DNA of 62,918 nucleotides, the filler included, from Choristocarpus tenellus KU-1152 (lineage: Eukaryota; Protista; Phaeophyceae), in the NCBI GenBank assembly GCA_964200185.2. It is 9 parts of 9 records of this genome, joined end to end, with 100 filler letters (N's around TTAATTAATTAA, not from the genome) between each part and the next. Parts side by side here need not be neighbours in the genome. Positions count along the whole stretch, not along the records: positions 50,190 to 59,772 come from CAXNAD020003557.1; positions 59,873 to 62,918 come from CAXNAD020022719.1; 7 more parts are not named here. One strand, 5' to 3'. How positions within the stretch are numbered: position 1 is the first letter of the stretch; the number at the start of each line of letters is the position of its first letter. Positions 51,420-62,918 of this stretch are shown here, piece by piece. The position numbers and the translations under genes are program-made. The notes under the pieces were generated by a model. That model saw nothing but the letters and a program-made list of their open reading frames with translations, searched no databases and was not told the DNA's origin.

Positions 51420-52711
51420 TCAGATCTCCTTGCGGCAAGCCCGGCTAGAACAAACATAGAAACTCATTACCTGTGAAGCAATACACACAATTACACACAA
51501 AGATATATTTACTGGGAGTGGAAGTGAGGTTTTCCCATGTACTAGGAGTGCACGTACAAAATCTTCTAATACACAAAATATTGTAAACACACCAACAGGA
51601 CTACAATAGTGCCCGGCTTAGAGTACGAAACCAAAAGTTAGCATGCTTTAGATTAAAAAAAAGGAGAGCGTAAATGTAATTAAGACTCACTTGTCACACT
51701 CCCCTGGATTCATGGAGTACACATTGTGGTTCCACTCAACACCCTTCATAAACGCCTTGGGATCAAACTTCTCCTGGAAGTCCCATGGCTGCCCAACTGT
51801 CTGCCCCATGCTGCTTGGGGTGTCTTTTGCACCTTCTTTTACTCCTGTCCCCACTTTCTTGATTTTCGTCTTTTCGGCAAGCACCTTTTCATTATCAGGT
51901 CGTTCTTGACCATCTTTCATCACTTGTGCCTTGTCTCCCCCCCCTCCATCTGCAACCTGGAGGATACAAAATGGTGGTTGATTAATCATAATATGCTCTA
52001 TTTTTTTTGTGCAGTCTTGTGTTTATAAGTAAGTCCTCAAGAAATGTGTCTGCCAGAATAGTGATCGGTGATACTCAGCAGGCGAGGAAATTGAGGGTGC
52101 TTCTCAATTGGGGCGGAGCTTGAAGATGAGAATTATTCTGTAGGAATACCTTGACAAGTAATCATCACCACTCGACATCTCCCGAACAAGAAGACATTGG
52201 AATAATGCGCATCAAGTCGAAGAACCTGCACTTTATGGTGCTAAGAAAGGCCATGGAATGTTGGTGTACATCAAGCCTTATGCGGAAAAAATAGAAGGTG
52301 TCACTGATATTCTGCCCCATCAACCCCTTACGACCCTTGGCACCAAAAATGATTCAGTCACGGGAAGAAATGTAAAGTAATCCTATAACGTAGAACTCAC
52401 GATGACAGTAAAAAAGCTTTCTGGCATCATTTGAGCAGACCACTCACCGTAAGGGTCCGTCCAACTCGTTTTGAAATGCGCACCGCTGTGTTGTCTGTAA
52501 GAGTGTCTTCCGGTATGGCAATCACCCTTTCTACGTTCTTTACATTTCGAATATTTCCACCGCCGTCCCTCACAGCTCCACCTTCCGTAGGGATCGAAGG
52601 AGTCAGGATCATCGAGCACAGCCATACCGTTCCCATAAGGGCCGATACGAGACTGATGATTGTTCGCATTCCAAAGTTTCCACCACCTCCATCTCGACCT
52701 GAGACATGGGA
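51420..52711 (-). CDS. Hypothetical small protein with an N-terminal hydrophobic segment (signal peptide or anchor); start uncertain
   Basis: Exons 52711 (or ATG 52669)-52448, 51956-51691 and 51444-51420 join in frame with GTGAGT donors: MRTIISLVSALMGTVWLCSMILT...QPWDFQEKFDPKAFMKGVEWNHNVYSMNPGECDNRACRKEI*. Confidence 0.55.
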
Positions 52712-53813
52712 CTGTAGGCGAGAGAATGTCAACAGCATCGAATAATGGATGGGGTACTAAAAGATCAAGGCGAAAGATAGGACGCTGGAGTACAGGAAAT
52801 GGTCTTCGAGGGTGTAATGATATCAGAGGGCATTTACTGCGCTACAAGGATTCATCGCTGGATTTTCTTCAGCCAAACTGCAGTGTGAAAAATGGGATTG
52901 AGCTGGCGCTAGGTATTGCATTCTTCCTTTTTTACCAAGTGCTCGACTCTGCTTACCATCCTTGCATGTGAAAGAGGGTTTGTCAAAGATGTCTTCGTCT
53001 GTTGGAAGTTACCGGAAGTGTTGCTATTGCTTGGAAGGGGTTATGAGAGGGAAAAATCTCTCCTCTGTCAATACCAAACACTAAATCACTCGTCATTTCA
53101 ATCTCTTTCCCTAAGCATCAATGAAGTCTTGTTTGGTGACAGTCGCCCTCGCCGCCACCGCCCAGGCCTTTGTGGCTCCCATGTGAGTAGAAAAATCAGG
53201 TAATCCTTTGAAAAACCAAGGGGCTCCGTAAGTTGTGATGATCGCACCAAGTACCACAATCATGCGCATAGGGGTTCCTGAATCTTGGGTTGTATTGCAT
53301 GCGGTTGAGGTCACATGATCCCTACGTTTGTTCGCTTTCATGGACCACACATATGTGTATTGTGCGGTATCCACTCACTGGTTAAAGGAGTTTCGAGACT
53401 CCTGAATATCATGGCTTGAGCGCTTACCCCCACTTCAACTTTTCGAACCAAGGTTCCTTACAATGGTTTGATTGCATCCATCTCTTGATCTTCACATATT
53501 GCGAAGATTCCACAGGGATGATTAAGGGTAGTCTTCCCTGCAGTAGCACTAGAACCCCTTCTAGTGGATGAACCGCACCTCAACCACGTGGCTGTCAGAA
53601 ACATGAGGCTCTGGTGTTCACACACTTCGCGCGCGGTCTATGTCGACCATATCGCGCGATATACTCATTGATACACTATAGCAATCATCCATTCAACCTC
53701 CTCCCTCGATTGCCATAACTCCTCCCAAGGAGTACCAAGTCCTTGCTTCCGCTTGCACCTCACTTTGACTTCTGTAATTGCACCTATTGGTTCTCAGCAG
53801 CGGACCAGCGAGG

Positions 53814-56800
53814 ATGTCGTTCGCGGCGGGGGCCTGCCGTCGCTTGGGTCAGGGTGTGTGGCGTATGCAACGAAGCAATGCTCTCATCGCTCGGTCTCTC
53901 AGCGCCGAGGCGACAGATATCAAGGCACCCATGTCGCTTATCAAGGAACTCCGGGAAGCCTCAGGTGCCCCCATCATGGACTGCAAGAATGCACTGCAGG
54001 TGAGAGGAACCTTGGCTCCTAGTGATTAGGAACGCAATGAGATAAGGGGAGTTGATAACCCATGAACATTTTTGTGTCAACTCTAGATGAGTAGAGTAGG
54101 CTGTATTCCATGGAATCGTGACCCCGTGGTAACGGTCATTGTTGGCAGTTTATTCGCTCCTCGTTACAGAACTGTATCTCTCCCAACCACCCAACACTCG
54201 CTCTCTGTGGTCTACTGCGATTAGGACCCGGAAGTCAACATGGACTTGGAGAAGGCCTTCGAGTGGCTGCGCAAGAAGGGTGTATCCAAGGCCACTACCC
54301 TGGCTGACCGATCTGCCAACGAAGGTAGTATTCTTTATGTTAGTGTTTCTATGTGGAAGCTCTCCTCATAACCATCCTCATTTTACAGTGTGTAGTGGTC
54401 GATATTTCGAAAATATGCCGTCACGATAGACCTCAAGGCGAAGAAATCGAGTAGTATCATCGTGGTGTTGCCTGGGATGTAGATGTGGACGTTTGTTTTT
54501 GTCGTGGTCCCACGTAAAGTACCGCGCCATAACCACTGAAGGCTTACGCGCACAGGATGCCCCTGCTAACCCACTCACAGAAAAAAAAGTGGTTCAATTG
54601 TGTTCATGTCCACACCGCGAAACGATATTTCGACCATTTACAGGAAACCCTTCCGCTCTACCCTTCAATCACGGCACTTCTTTTACTCTCACGTTTACCT
54701 TTTTTTCTTACCATTTATACAGGGCTTGTCGGCATCGTGGTGGATGGACCACGAGGAGCACTTGTGGAGGTCAACAGTGAAACAGACTTCGTAGCTAGAA
54801 ATGAGCTTTTCCAGGCTTTCATCAACCGGGCTCTGGGTGCTGCAATGGGGGCGGAGGGAGGATCAGCGGCATCTGGTCCCCTCGATGTCCAGGAGCTCCT
54901 CAAGACAACAGGTGGGTTAGGAACGAGAAGGAGTGTTGAAAAGATTATCGTGGAAGTATGGAGCATGGGGGTGTCACACATGTGTCTCCTTGTTTTTGGA
55001 TTTAGTATGATACGGTGGTTAATTATAAGGGGGGGTGGGGGAAGGTTAGAGTAGCGTTGCCAACAAGTTGGGTTGAAATTACCTTTTTGTTAGGGATACA
55101 TTGCAGCAAGATCTGCGTTGTGTGATACTAGTAGTCAATGTGAACCTTACAGGAGATACTTGAGAACATTTTAAGCGTTTGTTTGATCATCTGAGGAGGA
55201 AACTGTTTCTTGCGAGTGCATCTAGACTTATGTCATAGTAGAGTCGTGATCACCCTCACCTACAGTGTAGGCATTTTAATACAAACCTCCTACCTTGGGA
55301 GTATTAATGCACTGCACTTGTTAAATAATTATTTGCTTTTCTGAGTTGTGCCTCAAGAAAGATTTGATGTGGAATACTGGGCTTCTTCTGAGCAGAATAG
55401 ATTCTATTACCTCAATGGCAGAGTGAAGGCTATCTTTTACTAACTTGCAGTTTGTGATTGTAGAGAAGGGAGTATTGTAAGGGTCTTTTTAAGTGCCTTG
55501 GCCAATGTCAGATAGACTCTGACACACACTGCTTGAAACAAAAAAAAATCTTACAGGGGAGGGGGGAGACACACTGGCTGATGCTTTGGCAGATCTGGTG
55601 GGTGTGATCAGGGAGAACATCTCCCTCAAGAGGGCACAGGCAAGTGTTAGATTCAATCAAGGGAAAAAATAAAAAAGGGACGATATTGTCTTGAGTTTTG
55701 CAATGAATGTCTTTCCTCAAACCATTCTGTCCTTGAAAGTACTTGGGCTTGTTGAGAGTGAGTGGAGGAAAGGGAATACTTACCTGTACTGCCAAGTGGA
55801 AGTTTTTGAGAGGGGTAGGTGCTATGACTGGTTGAGTTGTTGTCCTGTTGTAACACAAGCTCTGTATCGCTTTTTGGGGGTAAGTGGTTGGGAGGTAGTG
55901 GTTGGGAGGTAGAGATCTAGATTATATCCTCACTGAAAAGTAGAAATCGGTAGGAAAGGGGAAAGCCAATTGGGCAGCAGAATACACCTGCCTGGCAGAA
56001 AGGTAAGGTGTTCCTAAGAGTGACTGACCACAGTGTCAGGTTGGGAAGAGAAATACCCTTAACAAACTAAGGTTTTTTCTCATTGTTAGTGCCGGTCATC
56101 CAAAACTTGATGGGTCTCATTTTTTTTATTTCAGTACAGGTACCAGGAGCTCCCCTTTCAGCCTTGACCTTCAACATTATGGTGCAATCAAGAGTCATAC
56201 TTTTATCTATTGGTTGCATCTTGTTCTGCACGCTCCTCTTCCTGCCTCCCTGCCCCAGAAGAAAAAAAATGGTGTGGCCTATTTTTGTATTTGATTGAAT
56301 TATATTTTTATAGTTTACATCTGTTACACATTGAGATTCATCATTCGGCTCTTGAAGGACCAGTTGGATGTGTCGATCATTGTACAAATGTGTGCATATT
56401 TGCACCCTCATTTTAAATAACAAATCGGTTTCACGCAGTGTTCCGGTGGAAGTTGAAGTTGCACTCTATGGTTATGTCATTAAATTTTTAGAAGAGGAGC
56501 CTAAGTCCTTTGTATGTGGTGTCGTTTTGTATGTGGATACATTCCTTATTAACCTGTGGGTCTGCCTTTTTTTTTGCTATTACATTTTATATTTGCTTCC
56601 CCCTCTCCCCCCACACTGTGCCCCCAACACAACGAGAGCAATTTTATTTTTTTCTAATTGTGTGTGTGTGTGCACGTTTCAATTTTTACTTTTACAGATT
56701 TTGTCTGTAGAAGGCGGGGCTGGTGTTGTGGCTGGATACGTCCATGGGGCTGTCACCCCTGGGATGGGCAAGATCGGGGCTCTGGTGGCCCTCCGTGCAG

Positions 56801-57857
56801 GTCAGTTTTGTATTGCAATCGAGTGTGGTTTAGAACAATTTCACAGATCCCCCACCCTTTTTTTAGTGCAAAATTGTTCTAACTTCCTCGTGCCCTTTTC
56901 TGGTGTGTATTCTAATGTTTTTTTCTCTTTTTGCAAAGTATGTACGCTTCCTGTTAGTGTTACTGTTACAAGTGTATTGTGTTGTGCAATCGTTGTCTTT
57001 GCTCTCATCATCGGTGGTCTCCAAGTGTATGCTGCTGGCTATAGCAGCAGAATATATATTGATCGATACAAGATAATATCTCACTCAATCCGGTGGTATT
57101 TTTTTTCTGTGTTATCGACCACAACTTCAAATGATGATTCTGTTTGCGTGTACACGTATATACCCTAAAATGTAAAAAAAAAATTAAAATAGCATCTGAC
57201 AGTGAACTCTCTGAGAGCGCGATGGAGGACCTGTCAGCGGAGGGCAAGTCTCTGGCAATGCACGTTGTTGCCGCCAAGCCGGAGTTCCTGGATGAGGCGT
57301 CTGCCCCCGAGGGTTCGTTGGAGAAGGAGAAGAACTTCTTGATGGAGCAGGCTGTTGCTGATGGAAAGGATCCCAAGTTCCTGGGAAAGATGGTCGAGGG
57401 AAGGTGAGATGTTTGATAAAAGTAAATGAAAGTGATTTTGAGAGATGGGAAGGGGCTCCTTAACTGAGGATTCTTAATTCAAAGAAGTTGCCGATAATTT
57501 TTGATCACGATATGAGCCAGGGAGTGTTCGGTTACATTGCTTAGAGGAAAGTTGACCCAGGGCGTGGAAGGTGCCTGTTGGCAGTAGATACATACGATTT
57601 TTTCATATATTATTTTTTTGTCGCTACTCTGGACCGACTGAACTGATCTATCGTTGCCCCTCTTGGTTGTGTCTATTTTTTTTCTCACCAACAGGTTGCG
57701 TAAGTTCCTGGAGGAGAAGGCGTTGGTGATGCAAACGCACATGATTGTTGATGGAAACCCCAAGGTTTCGGATCGCCTGGAAGAAGTAGGAACTCAATTG
57801 GGTACAACCCTCTCTGTTGAGGGCTTCCAGATGTACTCTGTTGGAAAGCGCTCCTAA
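53814..57857 (+). CDS. TSFM: Elongation factor Ts, mitochondrial precursor
   Basis: Exons 53814-53999, 54225-54324, 54723-54911, 55557-55639, 56698-56800, 57193-57403 and 57695-57857; motifs [75 protein letters not shown]; Arg/Ser/Ala-rich N-terminal presequence. Confidence 0.96.
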
Positions 57858-59194
57858 GTCCAGCTGATGGCAGTAGGGGGTAGACCACGCCATCCTGCTC
57901 TCTACATCCCCAAGCTGTACAGTCTTTCAGTCAAAGCCCCGTGTTACCACTGATGGTTGCCTTTTGAGAGTACCTGAGGAGGGTGAGGGAAAGTAGACAG
58001 GTAGTTACTCTCTTTGATGAGAGGGAGGTTTGCGGTGATGGTTCTTTGTTTTTGTTGCCATGTGTTTCTTATTGTTTTGAGGAATTTTCTTTTATGACTC
58101 CTTGCGTTGTTTTCTGTTCTGCCCTAATTTTCAACCACCTAAGGAGGCGTTGTGGTGGGTTTGGTTCCTGTTCATTTTTTCCGGTAGTTGCGGTCTGCTG
58201 GATTGGTCGAGTACTTTTGTCAGGATTGTTAAGAATGCTGCCTCTGGGAAGGGTGAATGTTTTGGTGATGCAGAAAGGAAATAATTAACACCTGAATTGT
58301 CATAGTGTGTGTCTGCTAGTATGTTGTGAGGTCGAATTAGGGTGGTATTTGTTCCTTTTGGACAAGCCATAGAGAATAGAGTGGGACTTCACATCGAATA
58401 GGGATGCCTTTGTGCTGTGACCCTGGACTTGACAGGAGCTTGAAAGACGCATGACTTGACTCCATGGCAAGCTGGTACCTGGTGCTTGGGTAGACGTGTG
58501 CAGCTCTTTCCCCTTCCTGATCACCCCAAAAATGGTTGTTGGTTCAGTAGGGAGTTGTCTACTGACAGCAAAATGACTCTCCGAGACTTACTTCAAAAGG
58601 CTTTCACCAGCCCTAATGTGTTTTGATGTATATCAACTCCTTCTACAGTGGATGAGAACAAGTTAAAGGTTGCTTTGGTGATAGGAAATGTGATGTATAA
58701 TGCAATCTTCTGTTGGTCTCTTGGCTTTTGCCTGAACTCACTAATTGTATTAATACCTTTTCCAGGTCAAGTGTGAGTCAAAAGACCTATCATGGGCAGT
58801 AAATGGTAAGGGATTTTTCCTCTGTTGGACTCTTTTTGTCTCCTTTATGGTGTTTTAGGACAAGTACGAAGTGTTCTGTACGGTTGTCTCGAATATGCAC
58901 CCTAAATTGCAGGTCTTTTTACTGACTGGGCTGGAAAATTTGAATAGTCCCAGCTGCAAGCCAGGCTGATCAATCATTTCATATGTACCAATTGACATCT
59001 GCCTGCCAGACTGGGTAAAACATACTATTGACATGTCCACTAGCTATTTTTTTAAAGGGTCTGTGTCCGCTGGCCTGCCAGTCTAACCTTTCTCTTGTCC
59101 AAGTCTACTATGTGTATGTACGTGTTCAAGGTTAAGTAATACTTCTCTATGTGCGGAAGGATTGTACTCTTCCAGGTCAATCTCTAGAGAAAAT

Positions 59195-59372
59195 GGGTCA
59201 AACTATCTGGGGGTGGGAGTCGGCGTCCGTTTTTCACCCTTTTTTAGATTATCACTTTCTTGGTGTGGTTTGGTCACACGTGTCGGATTTGAAATGTCAG
59301 CAAAAAAAAAGAGTTTGACCGAAACGGACGCCCCCTCACAAACCACCCCCCCCCCTCCAGATACTTTGACCC
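59195..59372 (+). mobile_element. MITE family B, complete
   Basis: GGGTCAAACTATCT...AGATACTTTGACCC; 4-bp TSD AAAT (59191-59194 and 59373-59376). Confidence 0.92.
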
Positions 59373-59772
59373 AAATACACCGAGAACAGGAGGAGGCATA
59401 ATGCATTTGTGGGATTCCTTTTTTATGTTGATATTTACTATGTACACATTTGACCCTTTAGGAAGAGGCAAAGTACATCGATATCTTAAGGTCATATTGT
59501 AGCTCTTCGACATGATATCCGATTACAAAATGGGTTATTTTTCGTTGGATTCTTCAGAATATTTTACACCAACAGATATCATAAAAAAAATCGAAGAATT
59601 TTGCAAGAATTTCATTCTGAAATGGTCCCGAAATTATGGAACACAAAATGGGGAATATTCGGCTCATTTTTTAATGGTCCTGGTGCAGCGTGGAGCCGCC
59701 CACCAATCTCACAACCCCACCAGTAAGCACTCGAGCAAATACCTCTCCAACAGCCCTCTGCATTGATAGCAA

Positions 59773-59872
59773 NNNNNNNNNNNNNNNNNNNNNNNNNNNN
59801 NNNNNNNNNNNNNNNNTTAATTAATTAANNNNNNNNNNNNNNNNNNNNNNNNNNNNNNNNNNNNNNNNNNNN
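59773..59872. other. Artificial contig spacer
   Basis: N44-TTAATTAATTAA-N44. Confidence 0.97.
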
Positions 59873-60299
59873 CCCCCAGATACTTTAAGCCCAGAGATGT
59901 TTGTTGTGCCTGTCATTAAAAGGAAATTGTGAAAGGCTAGTTGTAACCCTCGCTGGATACCTATGCAAGTGGTTGATCTTGAAATCTTGATGTTCCTACG
60001 TGTATTTTTCTTAGTGAAAGTGTGCACAGTGACTGGTGCTGACACCAGCAGGCCAGCCTCATGATGCGGCTATTGGCATATAATGCCTTTGCACCGGGTA
60101 GTATATGTCACTAACTATGGAGCCTCTCATATATTTTTGGGTTTGCACTTTAAGGAATGTTAATTTGCACGTAAACAAAGCTCCAGGTCAATAAACTTCT
60201 GCAGTGCACAACTTTGCTGCTCTTTTTGAACAGATGTGGTGTTAGGAGAGGAGACCGGGTAAAAGCTACACTTTGCTAATCAAATGTCTGCACCTCACC

Positions 60300-60556
60300 A
60301 ACACAAAGTAAACGAGAGGTACCCAGAGTTGCATCACAAGGATGCTGGCAAATATATGCATTTTTTTTTAATGTATGCGTATAGGATATTTTCCGAATCG
60401 TGTTGGAAAGGTGTCAGACAAAATAGAGAAATCAACCCTCTCAAGTCATATTTAGCACTCCATCCAGTAGAATAACGGGTGAATTGCAAAAAAAATAAAA
60501 AACTGGTTATTAAAGCAAACCCCCCAAAACGGGGTACCTCTCGTTTACTTTGACTC
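60300..60556 (+). mobile_element. MITE family E
   Basis: CAAAGTAAACGAGAGGTACCC / GGGGTACCTCTCGTTTACTTTGACTC; interior similar to 1426-1692. Confidence 0.8.
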
Positions 60557-60816
60557 AGTTGTCATATATTATTTTTTTTGTTCAAAGTACTCCTCGCTTC
60601 AAGCATCAAATACGCACATGTGAGCTTTGAAGAATTTCATATTCAAAACGGATTTGAAGTATTATAGCAATACCCCGGAAATTGTGACTCACGCAAATAA
60701 GATGATGACATTATATTACGGAGCATAGAGATATGTTAGATGTGCCGTACAACTTTCTTTGTGTACAAGCTTGCACTGCATCTTCAACCCATTCATATAC
60801 CCCTGTGACATCTCAC

Positions 60817-62686
60817 CATTCGGAACTCAATCTCTGCATTGGGGTGAAGACCGAAGGCCAGAGGTGAATTGCCCTGAAGGGTTGCATCGATGTGATCAAT
60901 AACCTTTGCGAGCAAGGATATGGAGAGAGGTTTAGACCTGGAGAAATAGTTTGATCTCTGGGTGTGGGGTGACAGCAACCTGCAAATCATGGCCGTACAC
61001 AATCAATGAAGGTAATTCGACGTCCAGACCATCTGCCCAAGTAGTTGTAGTATTTGAGAGTATTTCTCTGGTTTGGTTTGTGGAGATGTACATCTTTCAC
61101 ATACTTGAATCATATACAGCAGGAAGAATGCTCGGTCATGTGTGCATGTAGCACAGCTACTGTTGCATGATACAAACATATCACTCTCTCTATGCCCTCT
61201 TTGATCAACAAGGTGTTTTCTGTCATCACACCATCCATTCTTATCGATTATAGAGCTTGTACAATACCGTACTGGTTTATAAGTGCTTCATAAACCTCAA
61301 TAAATTCCTAAAGATCAAGTCTCAGCAAGTAGCAAAGCCCCACATACCTGTTCATAGGAGTACGTCACAGAAGGAGCCATGAAATTCTCAACCCCTTGAT
61401 CAGGCCCTGGAGGATCTGGGTATGGATATAGCGTCATCTCATCCAGGAGCTCGTCACGCATGAAGAAAGTCAGATAGGCATTACAAATATACCTGATAGT
61501 ACAACCAATAACCAAGGTGTGTCAGTAGAGTGGTAGAGCAACACCATATAAAGATACAGTGCTGGTATTACTGTCCGTGATTGACAAGGCTCACCTATCA
61601 AGAAAATATGGTCCAAATTACATCTTTGTCTAATGTCGGAGTAGGGTGCACAGTTTAAACAAAACAAAATTAGGGTACACAGGTTGTTGTAATCCTGAGG
61701 AAAATCAGCACACATCCGACAAACTCCTTGCGAAGTGCAGTGTACATGGCCTACTGAACGTAATACAATGATGGTCTCACATTGGGTAGCGAGGTAATAT
61801 TTAAAGGGGGATGTCTTTGTCAGCACCTACTAAATGGTTCAAGGCTACGAAGACAAGCTTTACACAATTCCAGACTTGTTCAATGAAACAGCTTCTGTGT
61901 GACAATGAAGGTCAGAAAATAAAACGGGTACTACTTCACACACACTGTTGCATTTTGTTTGAAACTGTGAAGGAATGAACCCACACACTATCGTGTTGAG
62001 TCAAAGTATCTTAGAGGGTAGAGACGCGTCCATTTGGGGGCCAAAATCCAATGTTGCAATTTTGATGTAATTTTGGTTATAATGTTTTTTAGGAGATGTC
62101 AATATTCTTATTCTTGACACTCCTTTTCACAATGTACACATTTTACCTACTCCAAAACGTTTTGGAGTAGGTAAAATGTAATTTATACCCGCCAGAAGCC
62201 AAGCCTCGAATGGACTAACAGGGAAAAACTCATACCCTCCAAGATACCGCAAGAGTGAAAGTATCTTAGACGGTACGAGTTTTCCCCTTTTTGTTCATTT
62301 GAGGCTTGGCTTCCCATGGACCTTTTATGTATCTTCCTACTCCGAACTGTTTTGGAGTAAGTAAAATGTATACAATATGATAAGGTGTGTCTGGAACAAG
62401 GATGTTGGCCCTTCCTAACATACATGATAGGCAAAATTACATCGAAATCTCAACAATGGATTTTGGACCCCAAACTGATGCCGCTCTACCCTCTATGATA
62501 CTTTGACTCTTCACTTGTTGCAGCAACACGTTCTGAAGAGCACAATTTGTATCACTTTTGTATCAAGGAATGTTATTTGACATGAGCGGTAAACAATATG
62601 GTTTTTCCTTACCTGTCAGAATCGTTGACAATGTGCCCACCATACATGATCTCCCCGAAGAGGTATCTTAAATCCTCCCAAGGGAC
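60817..62686 (-). CDS. Dynein heavy chain fragment (AAA-lid to C-terminal region), probably axonemal outer-arm type; partial at both ends
   Basis: Exons 62686-62613, 61492-61348 and 60903-60817 join in frame: [25 protein letters not shown]|[19 protein letters not shown]...YEQ|[29 protein letters not shown]. Confidence 0.93.
61998..62515 (+). mobile_element. MITE family A host copy with a split right TIR
   Basis: Left TIR at 61998; right TIR split into AAGATAC (to 62247) and TTCACT (62510-62515); TSD TGTT at 61994-61997 and 62516-62519. Confidence 0.8.
62253..62509 (-). mobile_element. MITE family A nested in inverse orientation
   Basis: GAGTGAAAGTATCTTAGACGGTACGAG...TACCCTCTATGATACTTTGACTC. 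Confidence 0.88.
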
Positions 62687-62899
62687 CTGGCTATGGAACG
62701 GGTTTTGGTGGTGTTATAAACGGCAATACCATAGGAGTGAGCACAAATGACTTGGGCTCCATACCCTATCATAGAGTTTGCGTACTTGGAAAATCTTACT
62801 AATTACAGAGAAGAATATACTTGGCAAGTCTTTCCAGAGGGATGGGGTTTAGTCATGATAGGAATTTGGTACTATACCAGTTCTTCCTCGTCACAATTT

Positions 62900-62918
62900 G
62901 ACCCAAAGTATCTGGGGG
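62900..62918 (+). mobile_element. MITE family C terminus at window end
   Basis: GACCCAAAGTATCTGGGGG. Confidence 0.75.

Noticed and set aside
56368-57168. 266-aa hydrophobic ORF
   Set aside because: It is mostly intron read-through around EF-Ts exon 56698-56800

Overview
This is eukaryotic, intron-rich genomic DNA, most consistent with a flagellated stramenopile such as a brown alga or close relative (inference from gene content). It is not one locus: nine contigs are joined by eight artificial 100-bp spacers (N44-TTAATTAATTAA-N44), so neighbourhood across spacers means nothing. Six spliced genes or gene fragments can be reconstructed by eye: a stramenopile Myb/SANT-like protein, the 3' part of an EXS (ERD1/XPR1/SYG1) membrane protein, an unusual bHLH-Zip plus F-box protein, a small probably secreted protein, mitochondrial elongation factor Ts, and three exons of a dynein heavy chain. 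The rest is mostly transposon debris (RTE-type LINE, Tc1-like and DD39D-type mariner relics, a Stowaway-like MITE) plus about 20 full or partial copies of five MITE families. These families have different interiors but near-identical GRGYCAAA termini and 3- or 4-bp target duplications. The most notable observations are the bHLH-Zip/F-box fusion, the shared-terminus MITE set with nested and inverted insertions, and TTAGGG repeats apparently written into internal sites, including both TIRs of one MITE.
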